From assembly GCA_963722385.1 (NCBI GenBank), contig CAVRKK010000002.1:256001-320000 (forward strand): a DNA stretch of 64,000 nt, read 5' to 3'. Under the pieces are notes generated by a model that made no database searches, was not told where the DNA came from, and saw nothing but the letters and a program-made list of their open reading frames with translations. The stretch is from an uncultured bacterium (GTDB lineage: Bacteria > Babelota > Babeliae > Babelales > Babelaceae). The position numbers were made by a program, and so were the translations under genes. The stretch's first letter is position 1; each line of letters opens with the position of its first letter. This document shows, piece after piece, positions 29,703 through 38,718 of this stretch.

Positions 29703-30221
29703 ATGGCACAAACATTCACACTCGCAAGCCCAGCCTTTGAGCATGGGGCAACCATTCCCGTCATCCACGCCCATCAAGGGTTTTCTCCCCGATCACATAA
29801 TGAATCGCCACCGCTTACGTGGCAGGGAGAGCCACCCCAAACGAAAAGTTTCGCGCTTATCCTCAATGACCCAGATGCGGTCAGCGGTACCTTTACGCAC
29901 TGGGTAATCTATAACATTCCTGCCTCAGTACACGAATTACCTGCCAATTTACCTTCTCTTACCTATTTGACCGGCTCACTCAATGGCACCATGCAAGGGA
30001 AAAATGATTACGGTACTCTAGGTTATGGCGGTCCCAAACCACCAGTTGGCACCGGCATCCATCGATACATATTTACCCTCTATGCCCTTGATAGAACACT
30101 TGATATTGATCCTAAGCAGACAACGGGGCCTATTCTTGAACAAGCATTACAGAGCTATACGATTGGCAAAGCAACGCTTATTGGCCTCGTAGGTGCAACC
30201 AGTCAAAAGAGCTCGCGATAA
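29703..30221 (+). CDS. YbhB/YbcL (PEBP/RKIP) family protein, cytoplasmic
   Basis: DPDA, HW, GPKPP, HRY motifs; no signal peptide. Confidence 0.92.
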   Translation: MAQTFTLASPAFEHGATIPVIHAHQGFSPRSHNESPPLTWQGEPPQTKSFALILNDPDAVSGTFTHWVIYNIPASVHELPANLPSLTYLTGSLNGTMQGKNDYGTLGYGGPKPPVGTGIHRYIFTLYALDRTLDIDPKQTTGPILEQALQSYTIGKATLIGLVGATSQKSSR

Positions 30222-30348
30222 CTTAAATGCCTTCTAATAAAATACATAACTAATTTTATGCCAATCTTTACCCTTTTTATATTATTTATGTTATTCGTCA
30301 TAAAACAGCGCTTTTTTCTCTAGTTCTCCAGATTTTTTTCTGATAACC

Positions 30349-31398
30349 TTGTGTTTAACTTTCTCGTTGCTTAGTAATTACTCCCCTATTGGGATGGCGA
30401 CAGAAAATAGTTATATAAAATGCAGTGAGCATAGAGCAAGACGAATAATCAAATATATGATTCCTATAAAAAGTGAGTTTAGTCGCCTTTCTTCATTTAT
30501 CTGCGCCTGCTTTTTTGTGAGCATGGGGTGCATCACGCTTTGCTTGATGGCGGAGTACCAGTTTTTTAGGCAACAAGTCCAAGAGCTCATGCAGCTACGA
30601 CACTATTACCAAAATTGTATTGAGGCACTCAAACAACAAATCCCTTTAAGCGATAGCAAAATGCCGTCCCCTGGGCAACAAAAAAAAATCTCGCATATAC
30701 CTGAGCCACGTTTTCTGGTGGTCAATCGTGAGCCCGAGTACTTAAAAAGAGAAGCCCTCGGTTTCGCTCGCTCACATAATCTTGAACAACCATTAAGCTC
30801 AATTTATGATAAACAACCAGAAAAAAGCACCGCCAAAAAAAGAAGGGTCATTCCCCAGCGGACAAAAATCGCACGGACAAACCCCAGCAAACACAGCAAA
30901 AAGGGTTCACCAACACACAAAAATAAGCGCCGAATCACCAAGCCTTCAATAATAAGCATACAGCTTAAAAAAGAAAATTTTTTTTCCTGGCCCCTTGACC
31001 CAGCCCATTTTTGGGTAAGCTCTCCTTTTGGTCCCCGTAAAAATCCCAATGGTTTGATTGGCTTTCACGCTGGCACCGATTTAGCAGCAGTACGTGGAAC
31101 GCCTGTCAAGGCAGCAGCCCCAGGTACGGTCACTCAGGCGACATTTCACAAAGGTTATGGTAATATGATTTTAACGGTATATCCCAACAAGGCGATGGTT
31201 CGCTATGCCCATCTAGACAGCATTCGGGTACGTGTTGGGCAACGTGTCAAGCAAGGCGATATTATTGGCACCGTCGGGAATACGGGCCATGTGCATCGTA
31301 AACGGGGAAGAGACGGCTCACATTTGCACCTTGAGATTTACGTCCCCGATGATGATAAGTCCTTTAAGCGCATTGATCCGCTCTATTTTTTACATTAA
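30349..31398 (+). CDS. M23 family metallopeptidase (start uncertain, possibly 30457)
   Basis: HAGTD (HxxxD), YAHL, HLH; N-terminal TM plus coiled coil. Confidence 0.9.
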   Translation: MCLTFSLLSNYSPIGMATENSYIKCSEHRARRIIKYMIPIKSEFSRLSSFICACFFVSMGCITLCLMAEYQFFRQQVQELMQLRHYYQNCIEALKQQIPLSDSKMPSPGQQKKISHIPEPRFLVVNREPEYLKREALGFARSHNLEQPLSSIYDKQPEKSTAKKRRVIPQRTKIARTNPSKHSKKGSPTHKNKRRITKPSIISIQLKKENFFSWPLDPAHFWVSSPFGPRKNPNGLIGFHAGTDLAAVRGTPVKAAAPGTVTQATFHKGYGNMILTVYPNKAMVRYAHLDSIRVRVGQRVKQGDIIGTVGNTGHVHRKRGRDGSHLHLEIYVPDDDKSFKRIDPLYFLH

Positions 31399-31419
31399 TT
31401 TACTTAAGAAAGGTTGCTT

Positions 31420-32292
31420 ATGTTTAATAAACAGTCGAGCGGAGCAGAAAACAAATCGCGTCTACAGCACTATATCCATAGTGCTTATCAGCTGTTTATT
31501 TTACTATTAATTGCTTTTTTCATAAGGACATTTTTTTACGGGCTTTATCAAGTGCCCACGGGTTCGATGGAAACCACGATGCTTGTTGGCGAAAGGTTTC
31601 TCGCCGAGAAGCTTTCGGTATGGTTTTCTTCCCCCCAGCATGGCAATATTATAACGTTTAATGACCCGACCTATCGTTATTCAGACAATTTCTTTAAAAA
31701 CTGGTTCCAGCGGTACGTTTGGGGCCCTTCAAACTGGACCAAGCGTGTTATCGGCATACCTGGCGACCATCTCCAAGGCAGCGTAGAAAATGGCAAACCT
31801 GTCGTGTATCGCAACGGCGCTAAGCTTGATGAGCCCTACTTAAATAAATACCCTATTATTGCGCTGTGGCGAGGAACCAAGCCAACTGAGCTCATGATTA
31901 GGCAGGGCGACGTCAACTATAATTACTGGTCATATGACCCAAAACAGCCGCTTAATCAGCAACCCTTTTACCGCATCAATCCGGACTTATTGGTAAAAAT
32001 TAATGGAAATCCCGTTATTCGCCATCCTGGCACTCCCTATCCCCACGGCGAAGATGTCTTTGACGTGCACCTTGGCCCTAACGAGTATTGGGTCATGGGT
32101 GACAATCGCCTGGGCAGCTGGGATTCCCGCGGCTGGGGCAAGCTTGATGGTCGGTTGATTCACGGAAAGATTCTTTTTAGGCTATGGTCAATAGATAGTA
32201 GCGCCGACTGGTGGATAGTTGACCTCATCAAGCATCCGATTGACTTTTGGAAACGAATGCGCTGGGGTAGATGCTTGCAAACGGTAAAATAA
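31420..32292 (+). CDS. lepB: Signal peptidase I
   Basis: VPTGSMETTM, KRVIGIPGD, MGDNR..SWDSR. Confidence 0.95.
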   Translation: MFNKQSSGAENKSRLQHYIHSAYQLFILLLIAFFIRTFFYGLYQVPTGSMETTMLVGERFLAEKLSVWFSSPQHGNIITFNDPTYRYSDNFFKNWFQRYVWGPSNWTKRVIGIPGDHLQGSVENGKPVVYRNGAKLDEPYLNKYPIIALWRGTKPTELMIRQGDVNYNYWSYDPKQPLNQQPFYRINPDLLVKINGNPVIRHPGTPYPHGEDVFDVHLGPNEYWVMGDNRLGSWDSRGWGKLDGRLIHGKILFRLWSIDSSADWWIVDLIKHPIDFWKRMRWGRCLQTVK

Positions 32293-32364
32293 GAATGGAA
32301 GAGTAAAAAAACTTGCAGATGTATGTATTTATGATAAATTAGTCACACATAGTGCAACGATTAT

Positions 32365-32901
32365 ATGGAGATATCACTGATGGGTTACGCTCTATACACC
32401 TTTAGACTTGGCGTGCTGGCATGTTGTGTTTTTTTAGCGGGCTGCTGGAGCAAAGAATCAGAAATACCAGTTTCGCTAACAGGCAAAAAATTAGCCGTGG
32501 TCAATGTTTTGGGTGAGAAAGAACATCAAGACGCCCATATAAAAGGCTCTATCAACGTTCCTTTGACTCAGCTTAACGAGATTGCTCAAAGCTGGCCTAA
32601 GAATATTCGGCTTGTAGTATATTGTGCTAACTATCAATGTACGGCAAGCAGTCTAGCAGCACGCCAGCTTGCCAAAATGGGCTTTAGTGACGTTGTTGCA
32701 TATGAGGGAGGTACTGCTGAATGGTATAGCAAAAAGTATCCGCTTGAAGGTCCGTCAAAGGAAAGCTATTTGACAAAGCCAGGCCAAGCCCATTCACCAG
32801 CAGCTGATATAAAGGTTATTGATGCCGAGGCGCTTAAGTGGGAAATAGAAAAAGCCGATAAAGCGGGGCTGCTTATTAAAAGTAAAAATATGGCGGCATA
32901 G
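32365..32901 (+). CDS. Rhodanese-domain lipoprotein
   Basis: Lipobox LAGC, HIKGSINVP, VYC active-site loop, YEGG..EW. Confidence 0.88.
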   Translation: MEISLMGYALYTFRLGVLACCVFLAGCWSKESEIPVSLTGKKLAVVNVLGEKEHQDAHIKGSINVPLTQLNEIAQSWPKNIRLVVYCANYQCTASSLAARQLAKMGFSDVVAYEGGTAEWYSKKYPLEGPSKESYLTKPGQAHSPAADIKVIDAEALKWEIEKADKAGLLIKSKNMAA

Positions 32902-32965
32902 CCAAGTGGTAAGGCAAGGGTCTGCAAAACCCTGATCCCCGGTTCAAATCCGGGTGCCGCCTCCA
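32892..32965 (+). tRNA. tRNA-Cys (GCA)
   Basis: GGCGGCA/TGCCGCC acceptor stem, loop CTGCAAA, U73 discriminator, CCA. Confidence 0.95.
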
Positions 32966-32970
32966 AATAC

Positions 32971-33055
32971 GCCGAGGTGGCGGAAGTGGTAGACGCAAAG
33001 GACTTAAAATCCTTCGGGTAACTCCGTATCGGTTCGAGTCCGATCCTCGGCACCA
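32971..33055 (+). tRNA. tRNA-Leu (TAA)
   Basis: GCCGAGG/CCTCGGC acceptor stem, loop CTTAAAA, long variable arm, CCA. Confidence 0.95.
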
Positions 33056-33105
33056 AGACGCGACAACAATTATTTAAGAACGTGTTAACCAATTTGAGGG
33101 TTTTT

Positions 33106-33381
33106 ATGAACAAAGCAAAACTGATCGAACAGATGTCCAAGCTATCAAAGCTTCCTAAAGCAACATGCAAAAGAGCAGTAGAATCTTTTATCAAAACGGT
33201 AGGACAAACGCTTAAAACCGGCAAATCGGTTGTTCTAACAGGCTTTGGTACTTTTACTGTAGCTAAAAGAAAAAGCAGAATGGGCATTAACCCTGCCTCA
33301 GGTGCCCGTATGCAAATTCCTGCTAAGAAAGTTGCCAAGTTCAAACCGGGCAAAGCCTTGCGCGATATGGTATCTATCTAA
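33106..33381 (+). CDS. hup: HU family DNA-binding protein
   Basis: MNKAKLI, GFGTF, RMGINPASG, KFKPGKAL. Confidence 0.95.
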   Translation: MNKAKLIEQMSKLSKLPKATCKRAVESFIKTVGQTLKTGKSVVLTGFGTFTVAKRKSRMGINPASGARMQIPAKKVAKFKPGKALRDMVSI

Positions 33382-33407
33382 AGGTTATCAAAGGCCCGCT
33401 CAATACG

Positions 33408-33446
33408 AAAAAGACGCTTAGGCAGCTAATCTAAGCGTCTTTTTTT
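33408..33446 (+). terminator. Intrinsic terminator
   Basis: AAAAAGACGCTTAG...CTAAGCGTCTTTTTTT. Confidence 0.88.
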
Positions 33447-33479
33447 CTAAAAGCATAGGTAAATAAAGGAGTCATCGCT

Positions 33480-33833
33480 ATGGCAGCACTTAACTGGTAT
33501 GGAGCACTTCAAGCAAAGCTTGCGGGTTACCCGCCCTATATAGCAGATATAGTAATATTTGCTCCTCTGGGGCTCATTAGCGGCTTTCTTTTAAGAAGTT
33601 TGGGTCGTTATCTAGTGGTTGGCCTCTTAATTGGCGTTGGCTTCGTCTGGCTTGCTGATTATTTTCACCTTATTACCTTACATCAGGCAGCGATACAGAA
33701 CTTTTTCGGCTTGCCGGCCTTTTGCTCTTTTAATGATTTTAGCAAAGAAATAACTGCCTGGGCACATGAGCATATCGCCGCCTGTGTTACCTTTTTTATA
33801 AGCTTTTTTATTGGATGGAAAGTAGGCCGCTAG
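33480..33833 (+). CDS. Small membrane protein (FUN14-like topology)
   Basis: Three hydrophobic segments; AAGGAG RBS. Confidence 0.65.
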   Translation: MAALNWYGALQAKLAGYPPYIADIVIFAPLGLISGFLLRSLGRYLVVGLLIGVGFVWLADYFHLITLHQAAIQNFFGLPAFCSFNDFSKEITAWAHEHIAACVTFFISFFIGWKVGR

Positions 33834-33840
33834 TTCTTTC

Positions 33841-34989
33841 ATGTCAACTGTTGCTATTGTCGATTCGTTCCTAAGTCAAGCAGTTAAACAAGGCGCATCC
33901 GATATTCACGTAGAGTCTATCCCTGAAGGGCTTCGTGTTCGCTTACGCATTGATGGGCTATTAGAAGACTTTCAGCATGTCTCCCTTGATAGTGCTTTGC
34001 CCGTTATAGCCCGTATCAAAGTTTTGGCGCGTCTCGATGTCGCTGAGAAACGCATTCCCCAGGACGGCAAGCTTTCTTGCCTTGCTGCCGGTGTGAACCT
34101 TGATGTGCGCGTAGCCACGTTTCCTGGCTTATATGGGGAAAAAGTGGTCTTGCGCTTATTAGAGCGCTCCTCCAAACATAAAAGCCTGAGCGAAATCGGG
34201 CTTTCCCCAAAACTACACGCAGAGCTTTTACTGCTCATTCAGCGTACGCATGGCTTTTTCTTGGTCACCGGGCCTACAGGCGCTGGCAAGACGACATCGT
34301 TATATGCCGCCTTACATGCCATCCAGTCTCATCAAAAAAACGTTGTCACCCTAGAAGACCCGATAGAATATACTATCCAAGGCATAACTCAGGGTCAGAT
34401 TCAGCCTGAGATTGGCTTTACGTTTGCTCGTGGTATTCGGGCGCTTTTGCGCCAGGACCCCGATATTATTATGGTAGGGGAGGTAAGAGACCGAGAAACG
34501 GCTGAGACTGCTATTCAGGCAGCATTGACGGGGCATGTTGTGTTAAGCACGTTGCATACCAATGATGCTCCTGGCGCACTTATGCGCTTGCTTGATATGG
34601 GTATCCCTGCTTTTTTAATCAACGCAACGCTGACTGGGGTTCTCGCTCAGCGGTTGGTACGCATACTGTGTCCGTCTTGTCGTTACGAAGAAAGGCCAAC
34701 GGGCGCCGACCTCGATTTTTTGAACTATGTCGGCATTACGCTCCAGCGAGCGTATAAAGCAGGTGGCTGCTCGCTTTGCCAAGGCCGCGGCTATAAAGGG
34801 CGCACGGGTATCTTCGAACTCCTCGTTATCTCTTCTCGCTTACGGGAGCTTGTGAGCGAGCAGGCTTCTTATGATATTATTTACCAACACGCCATGCTTG
34901 ATGGTATGATCTCGCTTAAGCAGGATGCTGCTACCAAGATTGAGCTTGGTATTACATCTATTGCCGAATTGGCACGTGTTGTTTGCTAA
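33841..34989 (+). CDS. GspE/PilB-family secretion ATPase lacking its N-terminal domain
   Basis: ASDIH, PQDG, GPTGAGKT, EDPIE, LRQDPD, GHVVLSTLH, Zn CPSC...CSLC. Confidence 0.93.
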   Translation: MSTVAIVDSFLSQAVKQGASDIHVESIPEGLRVRLRIDGLLEDFQHVSLDSALPVIARIKVLARLDVAEKRIPQDGKLSCLAAGVNLDVRVATFPGLYGEKVVLRLLERSSKHKSLSEIGLSPKLHAELLLLIQRTHGFFLVTGPTGAGKTTSLYAALHAIQSHQKNVVTLEDPIEYTIQGITQGQIQPEIGFTFARGIRALLRQDPDIIMVGEVRDRETAETAIQAALTGHVVLSTLHTNDAPGALMRLLDMGIPAFLINATLTGVLAQRLVRILCPSCRYEERPTGADLDFLNYVGITLQRAYKAGGCSLCQGRGYKGRTGIFELLVISSRLRELVSEQASYDIIYQHAMLDGMISLKQDAATKIELGITSIAELARVVC

Positions 34990-35026
34990 ATGGCACACCT
35001 AACCTGATAGTAAGGCTACAAGGAGC

Positions 35027-36238
35027 TTGTTCATGGAAACCTATCGCAATGATTTTCCTTTTTTTGGAGCGCACCCTTCTCTGGCCTATTTGGACAGCGC
35101 CACGACTTCACAAAAGCCATTTTCCGTCATTCGAGCGATGAACGACTTTTATGCCTATGAAAACGCCTCACTCTATCGGGGTATGTACGGCCTTGCAGAA
35201 AAAGCTACGCAGCGATATGAGGATATACGAACTCACTGCGCCCAATTTATTGGTGCCCAACCTCAGGAAATTCTTTTTACCAAAGGAGCAACGGAAAGCA
35301 TCAATTTGGTTGCTCACGCATGGGGAATCGGGCATATTGGGGTTGGCGATGAGATCGTGATTTCTGAGATTGAGCACCATGCTAATATTTTGCCCTGGCA
35401 GCAGCTTGCGCGTACTCGCAGTGCGCACCTACGTTGGCTGGCCTATGACCCGATCGGATTGCTGGCCCTTGATAAGCTTGACGATGTCATTACGGCGCGT
35501 ACGCGCCTCGTTGCCGTGAGCGCCTACTCAAATGTGGTAGGAGGCTTTCCGCAGGGATATCAGGAAGCGCTTTCCCGAATCATTGAGCGCGCGCACGCGG
35601 TTGGTTCGCGTGTTATGGTCGATGCTGCCCAGCTGATGCCACATAAGCACGTTGATGTAGCAAAGCTTGGTTGTGACTTCATGGTATTTTCGGGGCATAA
35701 GATGCTTGGACCGCAGGGGGTTGGGGTGCTCTATAGTAAGCGCGAGCTCCATAATGAGCTTGAGCCCTATCAGCTCGGTGGGGGCATGGTTGCTGATGTG
35801 GGCTATGAGCAGGCGCGCTGGCGACCGTTTCCCTATCTTTTTGAAGCTGGGACACAAGCAGTCGCTCAAGTAATCGGGTTTGGTGCTGCCCTTGCTTATC
35901 TTCGCGATCGCGTCGATTTTGATAAGCTTTATGAGCACGAAGCAGCATTGTGTCAGCATCTGCTTGATGGGCTGGCCAGTATTCCTCGGGTACATCTTTT
36001 GCGCCCTCGCTACCCAGGGCAGGCAGACCATCTCGTGAGCTTTATTGTCGAGGGCATGCATCCCCATGATGTAGCAGCTTATTTAGATGCTCATAATATT
36101 TACGTACGCGCAGGCAACCAGTGCGCTCAGGTCTTGCACAAGCGGCTTGGCTTGGCTGGCTCGGTTCGCGCTAGCTTTTATCTCTATACGACGCATCAGG
36201 AAATTGATAAAGTACTTCAAGCACTTGCTGCTTTATAA
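35027..36238 (+). CDS. sufS: Cysteine desulfurase, SufS type
   Basis: YLDSATTSQKP, EHHAN, DAAQ, SGHKM, RAGNQCA. Confidence 0.93.
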   Translation: MFMETYRNDFPFFGAHPSLAYLDSATTSQKPFSVIRAMNDFYAYENASLYRGMYGLAEKATQRYEDIRTHCAQFIGAQPQEILFTKGATESINLVAHAWGIGHIGVGDEIVISEIEHHANILPWQQLARTRSAHLRWLAYDPIGLLALDKLDDVITARTRLVAVSAYSNVVGGFPQGYQEALSRIIERAHAVGSRVMVDAAQLMPHKHVDVAKLGCDFMVFSGHKMLGPQGVGVLYSKRELHNELEPYQLGGGMVADVGYEQARWRPFPYLFEAGTQAVAQVIGFGAALAYLRDRVDFDKLYEHEAALCQHLLDGLASIPRVHLLRPRYPGQADHLVSFIVEGMHPHDVAAYLDAHNIYVRAGNQCAQVLHKRLGLAGSVRASFYLYTTHQEIDKVLQALAAL

Positions 36239-36252
36239 TTCACAAGGGGCAT

Positions 36253-37023
36253 ATGGAGCAACCGAAACATGAGCAGTCGTATTATAGGCTTATGGCTGAG
36301 TTTTATGATCAGCTATTTGAGCTTGACGATGAAGAATACCAGTTTTACCGCTATTTTATGCATGAGCTGCCTGGTCATGCGCTTGAATTGGCTTGTGGCA
36401 CTGGCCAATTTTTACTCGGCTATCTTGATGAAGAACTTGTTGTCGATGGCCTTGATTCTTCGTCCATCATGCTAGCGCGAGCCGAGCGCAAGGCACAGAA
36501 GAGCAATTTAGCTCCCCGACTTTATCAAAGTACGATGCAAGACTTTACGATCAATCAGCGTTATACAACACTTTATATTCCTTCATGCTCTTTTATGCTT
36601 TTGACCGAACGTGCTCAAGCGCATCAAGCGCTTCGTCGTTTCTACGAGCACCTTATTCCTGGAGGGCAACTTTTAGTATCGCTCTTTAACCCATGGCATG
36701 AACGAGATCAGAGCAGCAGAGCCAAATTACGGCGTGATTTTTTTCATAACGCGCATCGTATACTGTTCTATGAAACCTTTCGGTATAAGCCCATTGAACA
36801 GTTAAGACAGGGCTTTTATCGCTTCGAGACCTATCAAGAATCAGGAATGCAGCTGGCCGTTGAGCTCTACGAATTTTGGTGGCGCTGGTATGGGCGTTAC
36901 GAGTTTGAGATGATGCTCGCGCAGGCAGGATTTTCCGATATTACCATTTATAGCGATTATACGTTGCAGCAAGTAAGCACTGATACTGACTCTCCAGTTC
37001 TCATTTTTCGCGCTCGCAAGTAA
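36253..37023 (+). CDS. Class I SAM-dependent methyltransferase
   Basis: LELACGTG, GLDSS, HLIPGG. Confidence 0.9.
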   Translation: MEQPKHEQSYYRLMAEFYDQLFELDDEEYQFYRYFMHELPGHALELACGTGQFLLGYLDEELVVDGLDSSSIMLARAERKAQKSNLAPRLYQSTMQDFTINQRYTTLYIPSCSFMLLTERAQAHQALRRFYEHLIPGGQLLVSLFNPWHERDQSSRAKLRRDFFHNAHRILFYETFRYKPIEQLRQGFYRFETYQESGMQLAVELYEFWWRWYGRYEFEMMLAQAGFSDITIYSDYTLQQVSTDTDSPVLIFRARK

Positions 37024-37090
37024 GCTAAAAATGGCTGAATTTTTAAGCATGCTTCTTAATGTTCTCTTTTATACTCGCTAACTAATCTTA

Positions 37091-37159
37091 TGACTCATGA
37101 GTCAATTACTGAGTCAAATGAGTCGCATTTTTAAATCTTATTGACTCATTTGACTCAGT
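37091..37159. promoter_or_regulatory. Operator-like array of TGA(C/G)TCA heptamers with a 17-bp perfect inverted repeat
   Basis: ACTGAGTCAAATGAGTC (37108-37124) and GACTCATTTGACTCAGT (37143-37159); TATAAT at 37170. Confidence 0.75.
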
Positions 37160-37201
37160 TTTGGTAGAGTATAATGGAAGCCCTAAATAAGAGGAGCCAT
37201 T

Positions 37202-38563
37202 ATGAAATATGCAACACAGGAATCATCGACTGTAGAGCTTAAACGAGAACTTCCCAAAAATGACCAAATTATTAAGACCATTATTGGGTTTTGCAACCAA
37301 AATGGAGGAAAGCTTGTAATTGGTGTTGCTGATAACGGAACTATCATCGGATTGCCGGAGGAAGAGGTCCAGCGAGCTATGGAATATCTTGATAAGGCAA
37401 CTTACGAGGCTTCGCATCCTTCGATTATTCCGCTGGTATACGCTCAAACAATAGGAGGTAAGACATTGCTTATTGTTGAAGTATGCGCTGGTATGAACAA
37501 ACCATATTTCCTTAAGTCTGAAGGGCCAGAAAAAGGGACGTACATACGCCTAGGTCGGAGTACGTTGCGCGCCAGCGCCGATATGATAGAAGAGCTTAAG
37601 TGGCAATCGCGGGGCAGGTCCTTTGATATGATGCCTGTCTATCAGGCAACTCTCGAAGATTTGGCTTCTGAAAAAATAAAAGAATTTTTAGGTAGGCGGC
37701 AGAAAACTGGCGGGGCGGTCACGGCAATTAAAGATGCTCTTTATGCATATCACCTTGTTGTTGATGAGCATACACGCAGTTATCCCACCGTAGCAGCACT
37801 GTTGGTATTTGGCAAGGATCCTCAGCATTTTTTTAACCAGGCATTTATTATATGTACCCAATTTGCCGGTATTTCTGGTCGCGAAGCACGAGCTACCCGA
37901 GACTGTATGGGTACGCTGGTCAACCAGTTTTATGAAGCATATGATTTTATCGTAAGTAAGCTTAACCGTTCATTTGTGATTAAGGGGCCACAAAGGACAG
38001 AAGAGCTTGAAATACCCGTGACTGCCCTGCGAGAAATTTTGGTCAATGCACTTGTTCACCGCAATTATCATATTCAAGCGCCCATAAAGATAGCCATTTT
38101 TGATAATAGAATTGAGATATTTAGTCCTGGCAGCTTCCCTGGGCCTTTAAACACCAAAAATTTACTTTGTGGTCTTACGTATATCCGTAATCTTGCTATC
38201 GCTAAGCTCTTTCGGCATTTTGGATTTATTGAGACCTTAGGTACAGGGTTTTTAACACTCTTTGAAACCTACAGCGAGCGCGGATTGGCAACACCAGAGG
38301 TCATCGAAGGTGAAAATTATGTCAAATGTATCCTGCCCAGAAAATCCCATGAAGCAAAAGGATCTCTTAGGTTTCCGGAAGATGATCAGCAACGTATCAT
38401 GCGCTTATTCGAAACTTCACCAGAAATTGCAATATCAGATTTAATTGAACGCCTTCATATGAGCCGCCCAACAGCAGGAAGAAGATTAGCGATGCTGGTT
38501 CATCAAAAAGTAATCAAAAAAATTGGCAGCGGCAAAGCGGCGCGGTATATAAAATATAAGTGA
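37202..38563 (+). CDS. Schlafen/AlbA_2 + HATPase_c_4 + C-terminal HTH protein
   Basis: ESSTVELK, FCNQNGG..IGVAD, REILVNALVHRNY, RIEIFSPG, ETLGTG, C-terminal winged HTH. Confidence 0.88.
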   Translation: MKYATQESSTVELKRELPKNDQIIKTIIGFCNQNGGKLVIGVADNGTIIGLPEEEVQRAMEYLDKATYEASHPSIIPLVYAQTIGGKTLLIVEVCAGMNKPYFLKSEGPEKGTYIRLGRSTLRASADMIEELKWQSRGRSFDMMPVYQATLEDLASEKIKEFLGRRQKTGGAVTAIKDALYAYHLVVDEHTRSYPTVAALLVFGKDPQHFFNQAFIICTQFAGISGREARATRDCMGTLVNQFYEAYDFIVSKLNRSFVIKGPQRTEELEIPVTALREILVNALVHRNYHIQAPIKIAIFDNRIEIFSPGSFPGPLNTKNLLCGLTYIRNLAIAKLFRHFGFIETLGTGFLTLFETYSERGLATPEVIEGENYVKCILPRKSHEAKGSLRFPEDDQQRIMRLFETSPEIAISDLIERLHMSRPTAGRRLAMLVHQKVIKKIGSGKAARYIKYK

Positions 38564-38718
38564 ATGCTAAATGTTAGCTCATCAAGAGCAAAAGCCCTTG
38601 ATGCAAAAAAAGCTGTGCCATCTTGCTTTTTTAATAGCCCTCTCTCTTTTTGTTGTGCAACCGATCTAGCAGTTACTATCTTAACCCTGTGCAACAACTT
38701 AATTCAAGGGAGCTACCG

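Noticed and set aside
30679..30688. Poly-A run in the M23 gene as a programmed slippage site
   Set aside because: The ORF is already continuous through the run; nothing indicates an alternative product
32766..33353. 195-aa minus-strand ORF
   Set aside because: Antisense shadow of HU and two tRNAs
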